From positions 50,284,001 to 50,348,000 of the forward strand of contig NC_045696.1 of assembly GCF_009834535.1 (NCBI RefSeq): a DNA stretch of 64,000 nt, read 5' to 3'. The position numbers were made by a program, and so were the translations under genes. The notes beneath the pieces were generated by a model, which was not told the DNA's origin, made no database searches, and worked only from the letters and a program-made list of their open reading frames with translations. This document shows positions 63,340 through 64,000 of the stretch, in pieces. This DNA is from Camelus ferus. Lineage: Eukaryota. Position 1 is the first letter of the stretch. Each line of letters opens with the position of its first letter.

Positions 63340-63615
63340 CAGATCTCTAATCCCTTAGCTGATTGGGGCCAGATGTAGTTCGGATTTCACAATTTTTAAG
63401 ATTTTAGAGAAGTAAACAGTTCATTTACTGTATGTGACAACAGCCCTAGCGGGGTTGAGGAGTATCTCATGATCAAACACGTGAATGTATCTATAACACA
63501 ACATAAAAATATTCACACTGAGATAAAAGGAGGCTATAAATTGTTCAGGCCACGTTTTGTTGCCAAAGGAGTGGCAAAACATCTTCTGTTTCCAGAGATG
63601 TTTGGATTTTGGAAC
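63340..63615. mobile_element. Possible MER46/Tigger4-like DNA transposon relic
   Basis: tggggccagatgt...ttcggatttcacaattttt...gattttagagaagtaa and tttggattttggaa. Confidence 0.35.
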
Positions 63616-64000
63616 GGTTCCTGCAGGATTCTGGACCTGACTTCCCTTCAAGTGCCCAGCTCTGTTCACTAAATTTGGTATCTCTCACTTTCCTGGATAG
63701 TGCTGGCAGAATACTGCTGATTCTTACCCTTTTATTTTAGATTTTGCGAGCCACCAGGCTTCTAAAACCAGGTTCCTTTTTCAGTCATGGCAAAATGCAG
63801 TTCGCCTGGAAGGGGCGCTCCAGGCCTCTGGTTTCATTCCCCTACTCCTCACCACTTCCCCACACCCCACTGCAAACACATCAAGGCACATCAAAAAGGA
63901 CTTTTATTGAGCCACGATACTAAGGCTGTGGTCTCTTTTTCCCAGTATTTTCTTTCTTGGGATTCTGTCTTGTCTCTGCACACTCGGTACAATAGATGAC

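Noticed and set aside
22000..64000. Short ORFs (60-140 aa) in the upstream region as genes or pseudogenes
   Set aside because: Many start at non-ATG codons, overlap repeats, and show no recognisable domains or exon chains; an unannotated lncRNA or alternative first exon cannot be excluded from sequence alone.

Overview
Mammalian genomic DNA, most likely camelid, judged from nine copies of a tRNA-derived SINE resembling the camelid Vic-1 type. The window holds the 5' part of CCDC80 (URB/DRO1/SSG1) on the minus strand. A TATA box at 19537-19544 precedes a ~960-nt non-coding exon 1 (~19514-18556) and a 438-nt intron 1. The large exon 2 (18117-16217) has its ATG at 18106, and the 157-nt exon 3 lies at 8362-8206. 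Later exons fall left of the window. The remaining ~44 kb is gene-free upstream DNA with MIR/L2/L1/LTR/DNA-transposon relics and motif clusters. The most notable observations are: a 5' leader with eight upstream AUGs in five uORFs, one of which is created by the exon1/exon2 splice and ends in a TGA overlapping the CCDC80 start codon (ATGA); an unusually weak exon 3 donor (TAG|GTTCTC); a consensus CTCF site 1.8 kb upstream of the TSS; an AP-1/TEAD cluster in intron 2; and a three-layer transposon nest datable from its target-site duplications. No novel protein-coding system was found. Repeat family names are recognised by eye and their boundaries are approximate.
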